A stretch of DNA of 64,000 nucleotides from Minutocellus sp. GHC0000111. Lineage: Eukaryota. The notes beneath the pieces are model-generated. The model had not been told where the DNA came from. It saw only the letters and a list, made by a program, of their open reading frames with translations, and searched no databases. Shown piece after piece: positions 59,511 to 64,000 of this stretch. Each line of letters starts with the position of its first letter. Position 1 is the first letter of the stretch. Where the stretch lies: the NCBI GenBank assembly GCA_977018835.1, contig OZ361260.1, forward strand, positions 868,001-932,000, written 5' to 3'. The translations under genes were made by a program, and so were the position numbers.

Positions 59511-59670
59511 TAAAACTAACTAACTACTGAGAGAGAGAGACAGGCTCTGGGAGCCGGTACTGTAAGCTGACTTAGCAATTGCAACGGCAGCAATCGCAGA
59601 TGGTTGTGGCTTGGTCAGTTGAGACGAGAGGAGGCGAAGGTGGTGGTCAGCAGAAAAACTGGGCACTACA
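59511..59670 (-). repeat. Right terminal inverted repeat (160 bp)
   Basis: TAAAACTAAC...CTGGGCACTACA. Confidence 0.97.
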
Positions 59671-59904
59671 CATTTACCGCCAATGCCAGCTCCAGTTCAC
59701 GTAGTTAAATTGCATTTCATGTTCTACTAAGTTGCATAGAGTTGGGAGAATCAGCGGAGGGAGGCACTGTGTTCGATGTATCATCGTGAGGGGCGCGGCG
59801 GGCGGCGGGGGGCACTCGAGATTATTGCTGGTCCCCGCCAAGAGGAAATCCCGAAATCGATCCCAGACACCACCATGCTCCATGTGATGAAGGAGAGGCA
59901 GGGA

Positions 59905-60915
59905 ATGAAGTGGTCGATGTTACGAGCTTTGCACCGGCTGGTTTTCTTGCTACTCACAACCACTTCCCTGGTTCAAAGCTTCGCAATCCAAACATCAGCT
60001 GATCTCGTCACTCTGAAAACGGCCATCCTTACACCCAGTCGCAACAAGGACGCCACGTCAGTACCTTTCCATGCAATAGTCGAACAACAAGAAGGTTCCA
60101 CCATATTGTTCTCGTCTGACTTTGTCCCTCGAAGAGAAATTAGCTTGTCCAAGCACAATGTGGGAAGAATCAGTCGGCACAACGATTGCATAAGTCTGTT
60201 TGACGGGTACTCTTCAGAAGTCAAGCGATGCCAGGCGATCGACGACAACACACTCAACGTTAGGTGGAGGGCAACGTGGATCCCAGCTGGGTCCAGCTGG
60301 TTGTACAATTTGGCCAATTCTTGTGGGTGGACTATCGAGAGTCGTTCGGCAGATCCCTGCAAAGTCTCCGCTTTCTCTTGGAAGCCTGTCTATTCCATGT
60401 TTGCCAATGCTCTTGCGACTGGAAACATTACTTTGCCAATAGCGGAAGCGGAAGGCAATACGGTCGTTGCAATACGAGATGATGGTGCGATAGCAGTAAC
60501 TGAATCAATTGACTTGGTCAAGGAAGCGGATGCTGGGCGCTTACTGAATAGGCGCGTTGCTCAAGAGTTTGCATCCTGGTTGGATGTGTCTCGCCGACCA
60601 GACGAATGTGGGATTAACGAAGACGAGTGGGCAGGCATGGTCCGCGAGCGAATATTGTTGGGCGTTCCAGGGGCGGGATCGCTTGATGTTGACCCCAACG
60701 AGGATGATGGAGAGGATGCCGCAGCGCTGCTAATATTTGGCGCCTTTTGTTCGATAACTCTTGCCCTTTCCTTTCAGTACTTCGTTGCTCCAGAGATTGT
60801 AGGTGGGACAGGCACGATTTCAGCTCAATGCGATGATGCAGCTCGAATTGAATTTGGATCTGGCTATTTGAGCGAATGCTTTGGTCCATACGGTGATGGT
60901 CCTTTTGTAAGATGA
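59905..60915 (+). CDS. Hypothetical protein with signal peptide (possible plastid presequence) and C-terminal TM helix
   Basis: MKWSMLRALHRLVFLLLTTTSLVQSF; LNVRWRATW; TM segment AALLIFGAFCSITLALSF. Confidence 0.65.
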   Translation: MKWSMLRALHRLVFLLLTTTSLVQSFAIQTSADLVTLKTAILTPSRNKDATSVPFHAIVEQQEGSTILFSSDFVPRREISLSKHNVGRISRHNDCISLFDGYSSEVKRCQAIDDNTLNVRWRATWIPAGSSWLYNLANSCGWTIESRSADPCKVSAFSWKPVYSMFANALATGNITLPIAEAEGNTVVAIRDDGAIAVTESIDLVKEADAGRLLNRRVAQEFASWLDVSRRPDECGINEDEWAGMVRERILLGVPGAGSLDVDPNEDDGEDAAALLIFGAFCSITLALSFQYFVAPEIVGGTGTISAQCDDAARIEFGSGYLSECFGPYGDGPFVR

Positions 60916-60962
60916 TATCTACATAACTTATAATCTATTGTAGTGCTGAACAATTTTGACGA

Positions 60963-61409
60963 TCATTTTGTGGTTACAATCTTTGCACAGCACATGGGAC
61001 AATCATCTCGGTTTTGCAGAAGCCAAAGCGTGACGCAATTTCGATGATAAATATTCCCACAACATTTGCCTTGAACTATTCTCCCGGAATTTTCTGGCTG
61101 CTGATAACCACAGAGGCAAAAACAACATACATCATCTATCGCCACATTACTCGATGCATCCACGGTGAGAAGATCTCGATCAACAACCTGCTTCATCGCA
61201 ATCTCCTGCTTTCTAGTTAATGCAACTTCTTCATGTGGGCACGTCATCCATGGACATTCAGGCCAGATTATCCCCTCACTTTCATGCCATCGCACCTCCA
61301 AAAATCGCGTTGAGAAGTACAAAGACATGGCGAGGATGAACCAAATGACGGAGAGAATTGACGCATAGTTCGCCAGAACAGTAGTGAGATTGCATGTGTT
61401 GCAATCCAA
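60963..61409 (-). CDS. Membrane-anchored RING-H2-like E3 ligase (5' end unresolved)
   Basis: CCFCL...CCGNIYHRNCV..WL....DCPMC downstream of a TM segment. Confidence 0.6.
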   Translation of the reverse strand: MDCNTCNLTTVLANYASILSVIWFILAMSLYFSTRFLEVRWHESEGIIWPECPWMTCPHEEVALTRKQEIAMKQVVDRDLLTVDASSNVAIDDVCCFCLCGYQQPENSGRIVQGKCCGNIYHRNCVTLWLLQNRDDCPMCCAKIVTTK

Positions 61410-61705
61410 GAAAGATGCGTGGCAGCAAGAGCACTGCTGTTGAAGGTGCTGCGATCATGATGATGACAAAATGGAAATGGCATGCGCTGGTGTAAAAGAA
61501 GGAAAGGGGGCTTTTAGATTGCTCGGACAAGCAAGACGAATGCATCGCATATTTCCAGTCATCGCCATGCAAGCCAAGAAGAATATCGTGGGCGAAGAGG
61601 AGCATTTTTGGGTCGATTTTTGGCTCATTTTTGCAGACCTGAGTCGATCGAGTCGAGTCGTCCCTGCTTCGTGCGTGGTCGGTCAGCGCCTTCGCCTTCG
61701 CAACC

Positions 61706-63520
61706 ATGATGAGGGCCCGAGAGGCAAAGACGGGTCATTCGCGGCCCTACCCAGAAGAAAAAATGCACCAGAGATCACGGAGAAGGGACAGCAGTGACGG
61801 GAAGGCGCGCGGTTCCCCACCATCCCAGCTTGGCGCTGTCTGGACGCTCACCGCATGCTGCCTTTTGGGCTGCTGCCTCTCGGCGGTTCCGGACCTTTGT
61901 TCCGCCTTCGGCACCGTTGGCACCGCATCAACTGCTGCCAGAAGTAGGAGCAGTTATGCCAGCAATAGACTTTCAAGCATCTTATCAGAAGAAGGCTCCT
62001 TATTAAAAAGTCATGATGTTGCAGCCACTGCCTTAGGGGCGGCAACGACGGCAACTTTTGAGGATGTCGCGGCCTTGTCGCAACCGGAAGCCGATGCGAT
62101 CGATGATGCCGACGAAACGACCAAGGTGGGCGTCCTTCTGCTCAACCTGGGAGGTCCCGAGACCGGAGAGGACGTGGAAGGTAAGCTTATAGGAGTCTTT
62201 TTGCGATGAGAATTTGCTTGCGCTGAATTTAATTGCACGATATAGTATGTCTCAATAACTAACTCCGGCTTCGGCTTCTCATTCATATGACTCGACTCGA
62301 CTCCTTTCGCAGTATTCCTGTTCAATCTATTTGCCGATCCGGATATCATCCGGCTGCCGAAGCCACTGGCACCGCTACAGAGCGTGATTGCCAAATTTAT
62401 TTCGAAGCGAAGAGCACCAAAGTCCCGCGCGGCGTACGAGTCCATCGGCGGCGGGAGTCCGATCCTCAAATACTCCAACGCGCAGGCCGACCTCGTTGCC
62501 AAGTCGCTCAAGGAGCGGTATGACATTGACGCCAAGACATACGTGGGGATGCGATACTGGTATCCCTTCACGGAGGAGGCACTGGAAAAGGTCAAGGAGG
62601 ACGGGATCAATGCTCTGGTCATCATCCCGCTGTATCCGCAGTTCTCCATCTCGACGTCGGGGTCCAGCCTGCGGGTACTGCAGGAGGAATTCGCACGGAG
62701 CAAGGAGGAGTGGGGAGAGCAGAAGCTGGTCCACACGGTCGTTCCGTCGTGGTACGACCGGCCGGGATACGTCGGGGCGATGGCGGACCTGATCAAGAAG
62801 GAGCTGGACGCGTTCACCCCCGAGCAGATTGCCCAGGGCACTGCCGATGGAAAGCAGGACTGCGCGCGACACGTGCTGTTTTCGGCTCACGGGGTGCCGC
62901 AATCGTATATCGAAGCTGGAGATCCGTACCAGAAGCAAATTCAAGAGTGCGTCCGTTTGATATCGGATGCCCTCCCGGGAGAAGAGGACGGCGTCAAGAT
63001 TCATCTCTCGTACCAATCCAGAGTAGGACCGATCGAATGGCTCCGACCCTATACCGACGATGTCCTTCCAGAGCTTGGCGAGGCCGGTGTGAAGAATCTG
63101 GTTGTGGTTCCCATCAGCTTCGTTAGCGAACACATTGAAACATTGGAAGAAATTGATATCGAATATCGCGAGCTTGCGGAAGAATCTGGCATTACCAACT
63201 GGAGGAGATGTCCCGCTCTCAACACGGAGTCTGCCTTTATTGACGACATGGCCGACATGGTAGTGGAAGCTCTTAGCGAGCCCAGCCAGACGGTGACCGA
63301 AGCCTGCGTGGCGAACAATGTTGGCAACTTGGACCTTCAGAGCGTCGATGGTCAAGCCGAGATCCAAAGCGCGGGAGTTGGTGGCGTCGGAGGTGACTCT
63401 GAACTGCGGATGAGGATGGGTGAGCGATTCAACGGCCGAGTGGCAATATTCGGAGTCCTCACCACACTTCTCATTGAATTGCTGAGTGGCAAGCCAATCA
63501 CCAATCTACTTGGCTTCTAA
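61706..63520 (+). CDS. hemH: Plastid ferrochelatase with C-terminal CAB-like helix
   Basis: VGVLLLNLGGPET, intron 62181-62312, IGGGSPI, LYPQFSISTSGSS, FSAHGVP, YQSRVGP.EWL.PYT, SEHIETLEEID, ERFNGRVA. Confidence 0.96.
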
Positions 63521-63667
63521 AATGGCTGCCACTGTAGCGACATGAAATAGATTCAATTTGTCATAGTAGAAATCGCTAGTATTATATTGAAATTTGCGAT
63601 GCAGTGTGCATCGCCATTTTCTCCAATGCTTCTAAGCTACGTGTACTACAGTACCGATATCGGTGTC

Positions 63668-64000
63668 TCATGTCGTTAGAGACATGATGGCATTGACCAG
63701 ATCGCCGTCGTTCTCCTTTAGAGCGGCAACAGCCTTGGCCCGGGAGCAGGAGGCCTGGGACATGACGAGCTCGATGTCCTTGGCCTCAACGCCGCTGTCA
63801 TCGACGGCCTCGTCGGCGTCGTCATCCAAGGTAGGCACATCACCGCTGCCATCCTTGTCCTGGAGGGCAGCAGCGGCCTTGGCCTGCTGCATAGCGGCTT
63901 GTTGCATGGCGGCCTGCTGTCCGCCGTGGTACGCCTCGCCAAAGATAACATAGGATCCATTCTTCTCATACACGTCTGGAGAGTCGATGGCAAAGTACCC
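63668..64000 (-). CDS. NACA: Nascent polypeptide-associated complex alpha subunit (3' part; runs off the window)
   Basis: SPDVY....[11 protein letters not shown]-like [33 protein letters not shown]. Confidence 0.93.
   Translation of the reverse strand, partial: GYFAIDSPDVYEKNGSYVIFGEAYHGGQQAAMQQAAMQQAKAAAALQDKDGSGDVPTLDDDADEAVDDSGVEAKDIELVMSQASCSRAKAVAALKENDGDLVNAIMSLTT

Larger units (their letters stand above)
53112..59670 (-). mobile_element. Inverted-repeat-bounded DIRS-like retroelement (unknown ORF + gag-like + RT/RNase H; no tyrosine recombinase seen), degenerate
   Basis: TIRs at 53112-53277 and 59511-59670; internal ORFs all on the minus strand; RT and RNase H motifs; strong TpA depletion. 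Confidence 0.85.

Noticed and set aside
53106..59676. CATT(CC)/CATT(TA) flanks as a target-site duplication
   Set aside because: Only 4 of 6 bases match and the match is offset from the left terminus; cannot be called without the empty site.

Overview
Gene-dense eukaryotic DNA, almost certainly from a diatom (inference from short GT-AG introns, bipartite signal+AF/SF plastid presequences and the gene set; a kinesin-2 hints at a centric lineage). It holds about 25 host genes, including LKR/SDH, an S8 protease, a TrmA-like methyltransferase, Ku70, NIFK/Nop15, kinesin-2, RPN9, GST, an NXD1-like protein, COQ9, UCH, ferrochelatase and NAC-alpha, plus a 200-N gap. Main points of interest: (1) a 6.56-kb element (53112-59670) with near-identical ~160-bp terminal inverted repeats enclosing DIRS-type gag/RT/RNase H but no recognisable tyrosine recombinase; (2) its RT region is almost free of TpA (1 in 1320 nt by my count), with Tyr>Cys/His changes at conserved motifs, suggesting a repeat-targeted TA>TG/CA hypermutation opposite in direction to fungal RIP; (3) three copies of a MITE built from arrays of a 22-bp palindrome, one of which replaces the LKR/SDH C-terminus; (4) a spliced gene joining a duplicated unknown domain, a Tudor-like domain and a C5-DNA-methyltransferase-like domain, with an in-frame stop. 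Five gene frameshifts are all -1 at homopolymers and are probably assembly errors. All calls come from motif recognition by eye; no searches were run.
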